DNA of 28,040 nucleotides from a virus (Duplodnaviria > Caudoviricetes): positions 1 to 28,040 of IMG/VR virus record IMGVR_UViG_3300038427_000030, one strand, 5' to 3'. Made by a program: the position numbers and the translations under genes. Positions within the stretch are counted from its first letter, which is position 1. Every line of letters starts with the position of its first letter. Below are positions 10,744-19,673 of this stretch, in pieces. Below the pieces are notes generated by a model. The model worked only from the letters and a program-made list of their open reading frames with translations. It searched no databases and was not told where the DNA came from.

Positions 10744-12591
10744 TTATTTACTACCTGTGTGTTCTTTTTTTGCTTCTTCCCATGCTTCGTCGGGGTCAAT
10801 GTCCTTTTTCTCTTGTATTTCTTTGGCCCTTTTGACAAGTTTATCAATAAGTGCCCTCTGCTTTGGATTCAAGCGGGCCCTCATAGCGTGGAAGTTTTTG
10901 ACATTTTTCATTACACCCTCACTATCAATATCGTTTGGGTCAACCAACGCTTTTACATATTCGTCATGGGCAGATTGTTCAATACTCTTCGCAGCTTCTT
11001 TTTTATCTTTTTTCGCCTCTCTTTTTTCTTTTTTGTCCTCTGCGCTTGTATCTTTTGGCTGCCGCTGCCTCGGACTAAACCTGGGCCCCCATGTAACACC
11101 GCCATCCCTCGATTCCAGGTCAACACCTTTCTCAGTTTTGTATTGGATTTCGCTTTTCGGCTGCTTCTCCGGTATCATCGTCTTTGTCAAGTCTGCGATC
11201 TCTTTTACGGACAGATCGCCACTTTCTCCGAGCTTTTCTGCCAGTGCTGCCCGTCGCTGATCTGTCGTCATACCATCCCAGCCCGCCGTTTTTTGAAGTT
11301 CCTTAAAGGCAGAAGTAACCGCTGCGCTTTCGGTCCTTCGCTCTTCCTTCTTTTCGCGTCTTGCATGCAGTTCATCCCAATAGCGCGGGTTCTGCGCTTC
11401 GGCCCGCAACACCATATCTATGACCCTGCCATGCTGGTCATGCGAGGCTGTTATAAAATTAAGAGGTATTTGTGCAATCGTGTTAGGGTCTGCGTTAAGG
11501 CCGAGCGGAGCATCATAGGCTCTAACTTTTTTTCCTTCGCCCTTGTCTTGTATATTCTGTGTGTATCTTTCGAGATCTGCCTTACCTATGCCGGTGTTAA
11601 GATCACGGTTTAATATTTCATCATAAGCCTTTGCATCTGCTTCCGTCGGAAATTTGCCAAGATGCTCACCGGTTTTTTCATACCGTTTTACGGCCTCTTC
11701 GTTGGTCATAAATTTACCGTCGGGCGCTACCGTCGGAAGTAAAATAGTCGTGCCATCCTGTTTGATTGTGATTGTCCGGATGCTGCTTATACTTCCGTTC
11801 GCATTACCGTGAATTTTACGGTTCGGGTCGTTTAGATTGATGTTGCCCTGTTCAACCTGATTTATGGTATCGTCATGCGGATACTGATATACCTGGCCAT
11901 CCGAAATATGCGGGAATATATCGTCACCGACGGGAGATTCTATATGAAGGCCGAATGACATTTTGCCATCCCTAATAAAAATCTTATTGATCGTCACAAC
12001 CCTCCCGTCCTTGTCGCCCTTCCCGTACCGGTCCTTAAAATCGCTTTGGATATAGGGCATTACTTTGGCGAGGTCGTCCATAGCCTTATCAACCTCGGGC
12101 CCGTATTTCCCTCTTTCAATGACGCCGTTAGCCTTCTCAAGTGAGTCTTTATGCTTAATGTAGAAAGCTGTTAAATTCCGATGCGCTCTTGTATATGTCT
12201 GAAAGTCCTCCTGGGTTTTCGGGGTACTGTGTGAAGCCTTGTGGACCTCGAAGAGTGAATCTAACTCTTTATCACTCATGGCGTAGATTTCGCCCTTTGC
12301 CTGTGCGGCCTGGGCCTTCTGATAAGCCTGGTGTACCACTTCAAGGTGCGGCGCGATCGCGGCCCATTTTGCCTTTTGATCTAATTGCTGCGAAGCATCG
12401 GCTATCTGTTTCTTTTTTAATTCCTGTTCAGCCGGCGCCAGCTCTTCCTCGCGTTCAGCCCTGGCCAGTGTCAGTTGCCTCAACTTCCGTTTCACCGGCT
12501 GGTCCTCGAGCGTATCCAGGATATTAAGAAACCTTTGTGCTGATTCCAGGCCCGCGCCTACAGGGTCCGAATATACAGATCTGAGTGCCAT
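10744..12591 (-). CDS. Internal virion/ejection protein (615 aa)
   Basis: GGAGAGG RBS; charged helical protein placed between the small Ala/Gly-rich proteins and the giant protein, as in podoviral ejection cassettes. Confidence 0.7.
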   Translation of the reverse strand: MALRSVYSDPVGAGLESAQRFLNILDTLEDQPVKRKLRQLTLARAEREEELAPAEQELKKKQIADASQQLDQKAKWAAIAPHLEVVHQAYQKAQAAQAKGEIYAMSDKELDSLFEVHKASHSTPKTQEDFQTYTRAHRNLTAFYIKHKDSLEKANGVIERGKYGPEVDKAMDDLAKVMPYIQSDFKDRYGKGDKDGRVVTINKIFIRDGKMSFGLHIESPVGDDIFPHISDGQVYQYPHDDTINQVEQGNINLNDPNRKIHGNANGSISSIRTITIKQDGTTILLPTVAPDGKFMTNEEAVKRYEKTGEHLGKFPTEADAKAYDEILNRDLNTGIGKADLERYTQNIQDKGEGKKVRAYDAPLGLNADPNTIAQIPLNFITASHDQHGRVIDMVLRAEAQNPRYWDELHARREKKEERRTESAAVTSAFKELQKTAGWDGMTTDQRRAALAEKLGESGDLSVKEIADLTKTMIPEKQPKSEIQYKTEKGVDLESRDGGVTWGPRFSPRQRQPKDTSAEDKKEKREAKKDKKEAAKSIEQSAHDEYVKALVDPNDIDSEGVMKNVKNFHAMRARLNPKQRALIDKLVKRAKEIQEKKDIDPDEAWEEAKKEHTGSK

Positions 12592-12606
12592 AACGACCTC
12601 TCCTTA

Positions 12607-12912
12607 TTAAAATAGTTTGCTAACAAGAAAACCCAGGGCCATGCCAGCCATTGCACCGACGGGGCCGGCAGCCGCACCAAACTCCGCACCCATAGCAGCG
12701 CCCGAAGCCCCGCTTGTAGCAGCCATCCAACCTCCAGTGGCTCCTACTCCTATCATCGAGCCCTCCATCTGTTTCTGTTGCATAGTGCTCTCGGCTTGCA
12801 GATTCATATTGGCCACGTTTATCTGTTCTTCGAGTTCATCGGCACGGATAAGGCCTTTTGTAGCTGACCCGAGCTCTTCTTCGCCAAAACCAAGTAATCC
12901 TTTGGCCATCAT
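12607..12912 (-). CDS. Small internal virion/pilot protein with Gly/Ala-rich membrane-type C-terminus
   Basis: C-terminus GAAMGAEFGAAAGPVGAMAGMALGFLVSKLF; GGGAGG RBS (second ATG at 12909 has the better spacing). Confidence 0.7.
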   Translation of the reverse strand: MMAKGLLGFGEEELGSATKGLIRADELEEQINVANMNLQAESTMQQKQMEGSMIGVGATGGWMAATSGASGAAMGAEFGAAAGPVGAMAGMALGFLVSKLF

Positions 12913-12920
12913 AAACCTCC

Positions 12921-13319
12921 CTACATTTTAGGCATTGAACCTAATAAAAGTTGCTCATCTTCTGCCGCAACGTCGGCTCGAGCCTTATTCATGGCGCCCG
13001 CCGTTGCCTGGGCCCCTTCCACGTTCATAATCCTGTTAGAAGCCATGGTTTGTTCCGCGGTCGGCGCTATTCCCATGCCTTTCTGCCGTCTTTGCAACAT
13101 ACCTGGCATGGCAGCGTATGTACCCTGGGCGGTCGATTGCGCTTTACTCACGGCATCCGTAAGCACCTGGGGATTAACCAGGGAGCTTTGCTGTAATGCT
13201 GCGAGCTCGATCGGCTTGAAAGTATTTTCCCACTCGGCCCACTCTGCGGCCATTACATCAGCGGCGATCTGATCTGCGCTGCCGCTCATGTCAATTCCAG
13301 TTACGGGATCTATAGCCAT
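12921..13319 (-). CDS. Small internal virion protein
   Basis: GGAGG RBS; Ala/Gln/Met-rich helical sequence; position in the ejection-protein cluster. Confidence 0.65.
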   Translation of the reverse strand: MAIDPVTGIDMSGSADQIAADVMAAEWAEWENTFKPIELAALQQSSLVNPQVLTDAVSKAQSTAQGTYAAMPGMLQRRQKGMGIAPTAEQTMASNRIMNVEGAQATAGAMNKARADVAAEDEQLLLGSMPKM

Positions 13320-13331
13320 ACAAACCTCCGA

Positions 13332-13922
13332 TTAACCCGTTACGCCTTCATTTAAGAGAGCTGGCGACATTTGCCTGTTCGTCGTTTTTGTTGTTCCCTG
13401 TCCGTATTTGAGTGCACCGGCGCCCACCATTCCAGCGACGGACCCGATCATATTTTCTTCCGCGCCGATTTCTTCCTGTTGTACCTCTTCCGCTTTAATG
13501 GCCTCACTGACAGACAGGCCGGCTATATCACTTAATCCGGCGGTCGCCTGTGCTTGCTCGCCGCGGCCCATGGCGACGATGTTTTCCGTACTCATTAGCT
13601 CACGGGTCCTTTCCGCGCCCTGGCCGGATACTTCGGCGCCGGTTTTCAATCCCGCAAGATTTGAAAGCATCTTCTGATTCTTAACCGGATTAGCTGACAT
13701 TTTAGTGGGGTCAACCTTACTCATTACGTCGGCATTGATCTGTCCGGCAACCTGTCTGCCCCGTTCGGCCTTAACCGTCGGGTCCGTTTCCTGGGCGATA
13801 TACTTATCCATGACAGGCTTAGAATTTTGCAGATAGTATTTATACTGCTCCGCAGATATATCAGACTGTTTTTCCTGTAATGCCGTTTCCGATACTTGTG
13901 GTGCCGACCCGCCGCCGCTCAT
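13332..13922 (-). CDS. Internal virion/DNA-ejection protein
   Basis: MSGGGSAPQVSET N-terminus and C-terminal hydrophobic GSVAGMVGAGAL, typical of small podoviral ejection proteins; ATGA overlap with the upstream gene. Confidence 0.7.
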   Translation of the reverse strand: MSGGGSAPQVSETALQEKQSDISAEQYKYYLQNSKPVMDKYIAQETDPTVKAERGRQVAGQINADVMSKVDPTKMSANPVKNQKMLSNLAGLKTGAEVSGQGAERTRELMSTENIVAMGRGEQAQATAGLSDIAGLSVSEAIKAEEVQQEEIGAEENMIGSVAGMVGAGALKYGQGTTKTTNRQMSPALLNEGVTG

Positions 13923-14371
13923 ACTGTCACCGCCTTTTTAATGTACGTTTTAAGATCTCCTTCAACCGAAACAAGATCGAAGCCCAACAATGCCATCCAA
14001 TCCGGAGTGCGTTCGTGCGTCTGTACCGATCGGCCCTGGAGCTCCCATTCCGGATTGTCCTCAATAATCCTGTCGGAGAACTGTTTGAAGAACCGCGCCA
14101 TCGGTTTCCATATCCTCGCAAATCCTTCTTCGGTTGCCTGTGACATAATATCCCACTTCATTCCTCCGAGGGGATGCAGTATTATCAAGACGCACGGCGT
14201 CATGTCGTCGTCGTACAGTATCGCCGCCCAGGGCTGGCCGATCATGCTCTTACAGTATTTCCGGAAATCCTCTATCGCCGTGCCGAATACCGCGAGCTCA
14301 TGCCGGCCACGCTCCCAAAGATTATCGACGATATAATCAATCCCCTCGGCTGTGAGGTCCGTTATCTTCAC
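13919..14371 (-). CDS. GNAT-fold virion assembly protein (T7 gp13/P22 gp14-like position)
   Basis: IDYIVDNLWERGRHEL N-terminus and HERTPDWMALLGF C-terminal motif; sits between tail genes and ejection proteins. Confidence 0.65.
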   Translation of the reverse strand: MKITDLTAEGIDYIVDNLWERGRHELAVFGTAIEDFRKYCKSMIGQPWAAILYDDDMTPCVLIILHPLGGMKWDIMSQATEEGFARIWKPMARFFKQFSDRIIEDNPEWELQGRSVQTHERTPDWMALLGFDLVSVEGDLKTYIKKAVTV

Positions 14372-14374
14372 GGA

Positions 14375-14746
14375 CTACGAAATCCCGATCTCGCCTTCTG
14401 CCTCGAAGGTAAGAGAAGTATTCGCGCTTGCAAGCCCTGTAAGGAAATCTGCGGCGTCAAGTCTGAGTGCCCCGTACCAATCAATGTACGAGTACGCCGC
14501 GACAGAGTTCAGCGTTCCCATAAATTCCGTGCCGGCCGCGCTACCACCAGTTGCGCCGACATAAAGGGAAAAAGTCACCGCGCCGGCCGTCTTGTTGACT
14601 ATGCGGATATGCCTTATGATAACGTAAGGTGCCGTCATAGTGAAACCAATAGGCCCACTTAACGAGGAAACAGTCGGGTTTACAAGGTTTGCGGCGCTGT
14701 TTGTCAACGCCGTAGGTCCGAATCTGATAAGTTTGTTTGCTGCCAT
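14375..14746 (-). CDS. Small beta-sandwich virion protein
   Basis: AAGGAGG RBS; alternating beta pattern IIRHIRIVN...VTFSLYVG...LRLDAADFLTGLAS. Confidence 0.7.
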   Translation of the reverse strand: MAANKLIRFGPTALTNSAANLVNPTVSSLSGPIGFTMTAPYVIIRHIRIVNKTAGAVTFSLYVGATGGSAAGTEFMGTLNSVAAYSYIDWYGALRLDAADFLTGLASANTSLTFEAEGEIGIS

Positions 14747-14764
14747 CTTCTATAATCCTCCTTG

Positions 14765-15287
14765 TTATGTTGTGAACTTGTTAAACAAAGCGATCAGCTT
14801 TGCTGAATCGACATTATATTGAGTACAGAAGGCTACCCATTCGTGGTCGGGAGTTCCGAAGTCACCCATGAATCCGGTCACCCAGGCCAACCATTGATTC
14901 AGTGCGGGGTTCGCTCCCCAATCTCTTTTGACAAAAGTTAAGTTGCCGTCAGCGCCTTCTCTTATCGTATAAGAGTTGGCTAATTCATCCCCCCCTCGAC
15001 GTCCAATCTGTCAGCTTCTCTTCCGGTGCGAGGGCGTTCATTACTGCCGTGGTCATAGCCGCAATTACAGGAGCAAAATGCGTCGCTGGGTCTTGCGTCT
15101 GATCGTAGTTGTCAAGAATACCGTTGGCAATTATTTCCTCCATCGCAATAAAAGCGGGGCCGTGAGTTACATAGTAGAGCCATTGGACTTGACCCGAATC
15201 CTGGTCAATCGTGTTTAAAACGATGAAATAATCCTGTATGCCGATGGTAACCTTGCCAAGTATCTGCCTTCCAAAATTTACTGCCAT
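14765..15287 (-). CDS. Tail-fibre-associated protein interrupted by a +1 frameshift at a G7 tract (100 aa as read; 173 aa if G6)
   Basis: GGGGAGG RBS. The frame stops at 14985 just after GGGGGGG (14989-14995). The shifted frame DELANSYTIREGADGNLTFVKRDWG...LFNKFTT is open to TAA 14765, just before the next RBS. Confidence 0.65.
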
Positions 15288-15297
15288 AATTCCTCCC

Positions 15298-16359
15298 CTA
15301 TCCTATTCTTTCTACCCCGACTAAACCGTTGCCACCAGCTCCCGAAACACAAGTGGCAGTATGAGCACAACCACCGCCTCCTCCTCCAACTCCACCCGCA
15401 GAACCAGGAGTGCCATTACCAGTTCCCCCACCACCCCCAAGAACGCCTCCACAGGAAGTACCATAACCTGCTCCACCTGCTCCCGAGCCACCACCCTGTT
15501 GACTTGCCCCTACTGCACCGCCTCCCGAAACGGCTCTAAATGGGTCAATTAAGGAGTCAAAACCTACACAGAATGAAGTAGCCGAGTTGGTATAATTGCC
15601 GCCCTGACGCCATACTCCATCCATACTTGCCTTGCTTTGATAACCCATTCTATTAGGACCAGCGGTTGCAACCGTATTAGTATTCGCAGCTGCATTTCCT
15701 CCTGTTCCACCACCACTTGTGTTTCCAACAGTAGCATTATTTTCATCTCCACCTGTAAAGCCCCCTACTGCACCGCCTCCTGTTCCACCCGACATGGCTT
15801 GATTTGCGTTTCCTCCTCTGCCTCCCGTTCCCCAAGGACTTCCAGCGGCACCGCCTCCGCATCCGTTATAGTAAGTTGCCGTAAGGGTAGGTGCACCACC
15901 AGCACCACCCGTTGAGTTTATTGTTCCTCCCGTTGCCGTTCCTCCCGCACCACCAGTAGAAGAGCCAGCGGTAATACGCCAGCTACCTGCTCCACCTGCA
16001 CCAGCTGACAAGGATAAACTTCTTGCTGCACATACAACGGTAGTTGCTCCACTTCCCGCATTTCCATTTACTCCTGTGTCCGAAACCGAAGATGTGACAG
16101 CTGCCCCTCCTGTTCCTATCGAAAGGGTAAGAACATCACCTGCTACCATGTTTATTTCAATTTCACTAAATCCACCGCCACCACCGCCCGAAGCCACACC
16201 TTGAGTTGAACCGTAAATAGCTGCACCACTTCCTCCAGGACCAAGTGCTGATATTCTATGCTTTCCTGTATATGGAATAGTAAAAGATACTACTCCAGGC
16301 GTAAAGAGCATACAGGTGTTGGTCATTTTGCCATAATAAAACTGACTTAAATCACTCAC
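15298..16359 (-). CDS. Glycine-rich tail fibre tip/adhesin (receptor-binding candidate)
   Basis: Many GGxGG motifs, ISALGPGGSG and a terminal GAGGNGLVGVE. Start probably GTG 16359 (GGAGG RBS, GTGA overlap) rather than 16374. Confidence 0.8.
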   Translation of the reverse strand: MSDLSQFYYGKMTNTCMLFTPGVVSFTIPYTGKHRISALGPGGSGAAIYGSTQGVASGGGGGGFSEIEINMVAGDVLTLSIGTGGAAVTSSVSDTGVNGNAGSGATTVVCAARSLSLSAGAGGAGSWRITAGSSTGGAGGTATGGTINSTGGAGGAPTLTATYYNGCGGGAAGSPWGTGGRGGNANQAMSGGTGGGAVGGFTGGDENNATVGNTSGGGTGGNAAANTNTVATAGPNRMGYQSKASMDGVWRQGGNYTNSATSFCVGFDSLIDPFRAVSGGGAVGASQQGGGSGAGGAGYGTSCGGVLGGGGGTGNGTPGSAGGVGGGGGGCAHTATCVSGAGGNGLVGVERIG

Positions 16360-17567
16360 GGGGCTATCCTCCATCCATTAGTTACACCCGAATAAACAAG
16401 ACAAAAGTTTGCATACTGTGTTGATACTGTCATATCCGCAGAAATACCCATTATCTTTAGAGAGTTTGCGCCGATTGTTAAAGGGTACGAATTAAAAGTT
16501 CCCGCACAATCAGTAATTCCCACGATCGCTCCCGTTGCTGGTGCACCTGGCAGGGTAACAGTAAACGAACCTCCCGAAGTGTCGCACATGTATCCGTTTT
16601 GTGTAACAGCGTTTGTAGCACTATTAGCGTAATTCCAGGTCATACCTCCGGCGGCGGCCGGCCCTTGTGGGCCTGGTATTGGCATCCCGTCCTCACCAGC
16701 CTCGCCGTCGTTAGGCATATAAACCGATATGCCTATCGGACCAGTTGGGCCAGGTATCGTCGAAGCGGCCCCTGGCGGTCCTGGTATCGGCATGCCATCC
16801 TCACCACGCTCGCCTTGATCGCCAGGAATGAGTTTACCTGGCGGGCCCGTAGCGCCGACAGAAACGGCCGTCCATGTAATCGTCGATGTATCTATAACGA
16901 TAGGCGCGGCAGTTGAAAGGTACCATTGTGACAAAACCTGGGAGCCACCGGCCATAATCCATACGGTTGCACCCTGGACAGCCGTGCTATACATATCAGA
17001 GGTACGTTGAAGTACGGCACTAACTCCCGCGCTGCCCGCAACGAGAACGATATAAATACCGTTCTGCGTACCGGTGACCTGGTTTTTAAGCAAGATGCGA
17101 TCGCCGACATTTACGCTTGTGCTATCAACGGAGAGTGCACCTGTGGCAGTAAGGGTAAATTGTTTAGAAGTAGAATTATAGGTGCCGGTAAGAGCTCCCG
17201 TCGTAGCAAGCCGGCAGGGCCCGAACGCTGAAAACGGACCAGCCAAGTTAGCTTCAACCGCGAGCTGCCACATACTGAGAGCAAAGGGCCAGTTACGATC
17301 TCCGGCATTGAACTTCAGTAATCCGGAAGTCGGCAGAAAATCACGCCATACGTTCAGCGCGACGTTTGTTTTGGCCGTTCCCTGGTACGGCGCCGTAAGC
17401 TGTATGCTGATGTTGTCCGTCGGGTTAGAGGCAACATAGTAAAAGGCGTTTTCGCCGTAAAACTGTACGACATTTCCCTGGTAAACATTGTTTATCAGCG
17501 TCGCGCCGGTACATGTTATGGTCGTGCCGCCGTTAGCTATGCTTGCCGCTGCTATCTGAAACTGCAT
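16356..17567 (-). CDS. Multi-domain tail fibre protein with collagen-like linker
   Basis: N-terminal fibre-type domain (TITCTG...IQLTAPYQG), a CRLATT...GDRILLKNQ..QNGIY domain, Gly-X-Y repeats, and a C-terminal YMCDTSGGSFTVTLP...LVYSG..GW domain. Confidence 0.8.
   Translation of the reverse strand: MQFQIAAASIANGGTTITCTGATLINNVYQGNVVQFYGENAFYYVASNPTDNISIQLTAPYQGTAKTNVALNVWRDFLPTSGLLKFNAGDRNWPFALSMWQLAVEANLAGPFSAFGPCRLATTGALTGTYNSTSKQFTLTATGALSVDSTSVNVGDRILLKNQVTGTQNGIYIVLVAGSAGVSAVLQRTSDMYSTAVQGATVWIMAGGSQVLSQWYLSTAAPIVIDTSTITWTAVSVGATGPPGKLIPGDQGERGEDGMPIPGPPGAASTIPGPTGPIGISVYMPNDGEAGEDGMPIPGPQGPAAAGGMTWNYANSATNAVTQNGYMCDTSGGSFTVTLPGAPATGAIVGITDCAGTFNSYPLTIGANSLKIMGISADMTVSTQYANFCLVYSGVTNGWRIAP
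16665..16850 (-). repeat. Collagen-like Gly-X-Y region with duplicated GEDGMPIPGP
   Basis: GERGEDGMPIPGPPG and GEAGEDGMPIPGPQG; related DNA at ~16672-16697 and ~16780-16805. Confidence 0.8.
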
Positions 17568-17742
17568 TGTTTTGCGCTCCTATTATTTTATCAAGGGCAG
17601 CTTCCAGTTCTCCGTTGCGTTTTTTTAACGCCCTTATTTCTTCTTGCTGATTGAGTACCGCGGCCGAATATTCAACAAGAGTTTCAGCCATCACCTTTGT
17701 CCTGTTTACTTCAATGTCCGTTAATCCTTTTACTTGTAGCAT
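17533..17742 (-). CDS. Small coiled-coil protein, possible fibre chaperone
   Basis: AAGGAGGT RBS; heptad QQEEIRALKKRNGELEAAL; lies between two fibre genes. Confidence 0.6.
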   Translation of the reverse strand: MLQVKGLTDIEVNRTKVMAETLVEYSAAVLNQQEEIRALKKRNGELEAALDKIIGAQNNAVSDSSGKHS

Positions 17743-17759
17743 CCTATTACCTCCTTCAC

Positions 17760-19673
17760 TTATCTAAATGATTCAACGATTACGATACCGCCCGCGCCTG
17801 TGCCGCCGGCAGCTCCATTTTGGCCTTGACTACCGGCAGAGCCCCCCGAACCGACAGCATACGAATAAGTGCCCGATGGGCTGTCATACCAAATTTCTAA
17901 GAAGGCACCGGCCCCGCCTCCTCCTCCCGAGGTTCCTCCGTCGCCACCACCGCCGCCTCCGGACCCGTAGGTCGTGGCGTTATAACCGGCCGTCGAGGCC
18001 GTGCCGCCGCCGCTTCCTCCTCCTCCAAATGGCGAATTGGCGCCCGCACCGCCATAGCCGGAATCTATACCCATGTCGCCGTGGGCCCCGCTTTGTGTGA
18101 AGCCCCAGGTCCAGCCGCTTCCCGAAGGTGAGCCGCCCGCGCCGCCGACAGACGGAAGAGTGGTCGGGGCCGGAGCTCCACTTCCACCACCCGCCTTGGC
18201 CGAGGCAAAGGTCGAGCTTCCTCCGTTCCCGCCGCCGCTTACTCCACCACCGCCGCCTCCGGACCCGCCGCCGCCGCCGCCCACTATCCGGACATGGAGC
18301 GAGGCAGCTCCGGAAGGTACAGTATATGTGCCGCTTCCCGATGTATAAGCGGTCAATGTCGGGAAGGCTGGCTTGTTATCGACGTTCGGGTAAGTGACAT
18401 GCAAATAAGTCGTGTCAATATATGTCGCGGTAATCTGCCCCGCGGTTATCTGTGAGGCATTTAGGTTTCCGGCATAGACATAACTTGCCGATATTTCCGT
18501 GGCCGTGATTGTGCCCGCCTTGATTTGCGAGGCTGTAATCGTGTTCGCTGCTATCTGCGTGGCTGTAATCGTTCCGGCCGCTATTTGTGTGGCTGTAATA
18601 GTGCCCGCCACAAGCCGATCACCGGTGATCGTACTGGCCGCGATCTCATTGGCCGTAATGGTTCCGGCAGCGATCTGCGCGGCCGTGATCGTATTCGCAT
18701 ATATATTGCCGCCAACGATCGTATTTGCTGCTATAAGATTGCCAGTTATCGTAGCGGCTGTAATGTTAGCACCGGTGATCGTAGCAAGCGCGATCGCACT
18801 TCCTGGTATAGAGGCTGCCACAATGTCGAGGCTCCCTACTACGCCGGCAAGCGTACCCGAGGCATTTGCGGTATAGCCGGATACGATGTGCATATAAGAA
18901 CGGGCTTGAATCCTTACCGTGTACGTCGTTCCGACAACCCCTTGGAACGTCCATAGATTATGCACACAATGAACGACGGTAGGCCATGTAACCCCGCCAT
19001 CCGTAGAAATATCTACCTCGAAGTCCATAACTTGCGGGTCGGGGTCCGTATCCCAGCTAATGTAAATATTCAACTTCGTGCCGGTGACCAGGAGATTTGT
19101 AGGAACAGAAGGCGGTATCGTTGAGCCAGTGCCGGAGCCGGTATTCTTTGCGTCAAGAATCGCCGGCGCTACGGACATGTTGCCGTTTTGGTTCTGTGCC
19201 CAAACCTTGACAATCACTTCCATGGCTGCGCCGTTGCTGCCGCCGTCTGCAAAGTTCTTTACATAAGAGTAAACATACCAGTTTGTCGTTACTTTCTCCT
19301 GGCGCCGGAGCGTTACACCGTCTGCGTTAAAAATCTCTACGACGTAATCCAGGAAATACGGGTCATATACAAATGTGCCAGCCGGCAAATTAGGGTCAAG
19401 CTCGACGGTAGTTATGTTACACCAGGTTAAGCCGAGATCTTGCGAAAGCCACTTATTGCCGTCGCCCTGGCTCCATATCTGCAAGCCTGTGATGTTAGGT
19501 GGGTAGTCTGCCGGACCAGGTTGATAGGGCGTTTCGGGAATATTCTGTGATTGTATCGCCGCCTGTAATTGCTTATAGCCGGACGCAAAATAACCGCGCA
19601 TATTTTCCAATGCGCTCTGAACGTCTTTGAAATTTCTTATCTGTCCAATTACGGGGCCTTTATCGCTGCTCAT
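17760..19673 (-). CDS. Tail fibre/spike: FN3-like domains, beta-solenoid repeats and Gly-rich C-terminal domain
   Basis: PPSVPTNL...ISWD...YTVRIQA FN3 pattern; ITATQIAAGT decapeptide repeats; SGTYTVPSGA..VRIVGGGGGG Gly-rich head. Confidence 0.8.
   Translation of the reverse strand: MSSDKGPVIGQIRNFKDVQSALENMRGYFASGYKQLQAAIQSQNIPETPYQPGPADYPPNITGLQIWSQGDGNKWLSQDLGLTWCNITTVELDPNLPAGTFVYDPYFLDYVVEIFNADGVTLRRQEKVTTNWYVYSYVKNFADGGSNGAAMEVIVKVWAQNQNGNMSVAPAILDAKNTGSGTGSTIPPSVPTNLLVTGTKLNIYISWDTDPDPQVMDFEVDISTDGGVTWPTVVHCVHNLWTFQGVVGTTYTVRIQARSYMHIVSGYTANASGTLAGVVGSLDIVAASIPGSAIALATITGANITAATITGNLIAANTIVGGNIYANTITAAQIAAGTITANEIAASTITGDRLVAGTITATQIAAGTITATQIAANTITASQIKAGTITATEISASYVYAGNLNASQITAGQITATYIDTTYLHVTYPNVDNKPAFPTLTAYTSGSGTYTVPSGAASLHVRIVGGGGGGSGGGGGGVSGGGNGGSSTFASAKAGGGSGAPAPTTLPSVGGAGGSPSGSGWTWGFTQSGAHGDMGIDSGYGGAGANSPFGGGGSGGGTASTAGYNATTYGSGGGGGGDGGTSGGGGGAGAFLEIWYDSPSGTYSYAVGSGGSAGSQGQNGAAGGTGAGGIVIVESFR
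18420..18820 (-). repeat. Tandem ~30-bp (10-aa) repeats, IT(A/G)xxIxA(G/N)T
   Basis: ITGANITAAT ITGNLIAANT IVGGNIYANT ITAAQIAAGT ITANEIAAST ITGDRLVAGT ITATQIAAGT ITATQIAANT ITASQIKAGT; recurrent gtggctgtaat in the DNA. Confidence 0.9.

Noticed and set aside
2600-12530. Long plus-strand ORFs (e.g. 7198-7953, 10562-11260, 10708-11613)
   Set aside because: Shadows of the minus-strand genes: Phe/Ser/Leu-rich mirror composition and no recognisable domains.
18420-18820. Regular ~30-bp repeats as a CRISPR array or DGR template/variable repeat
   Set aside because: They are in-frame coding repeats varying at synonymous sites, with no spacers. No reverse transcriptase or adenine-specific repeat pair was seen.
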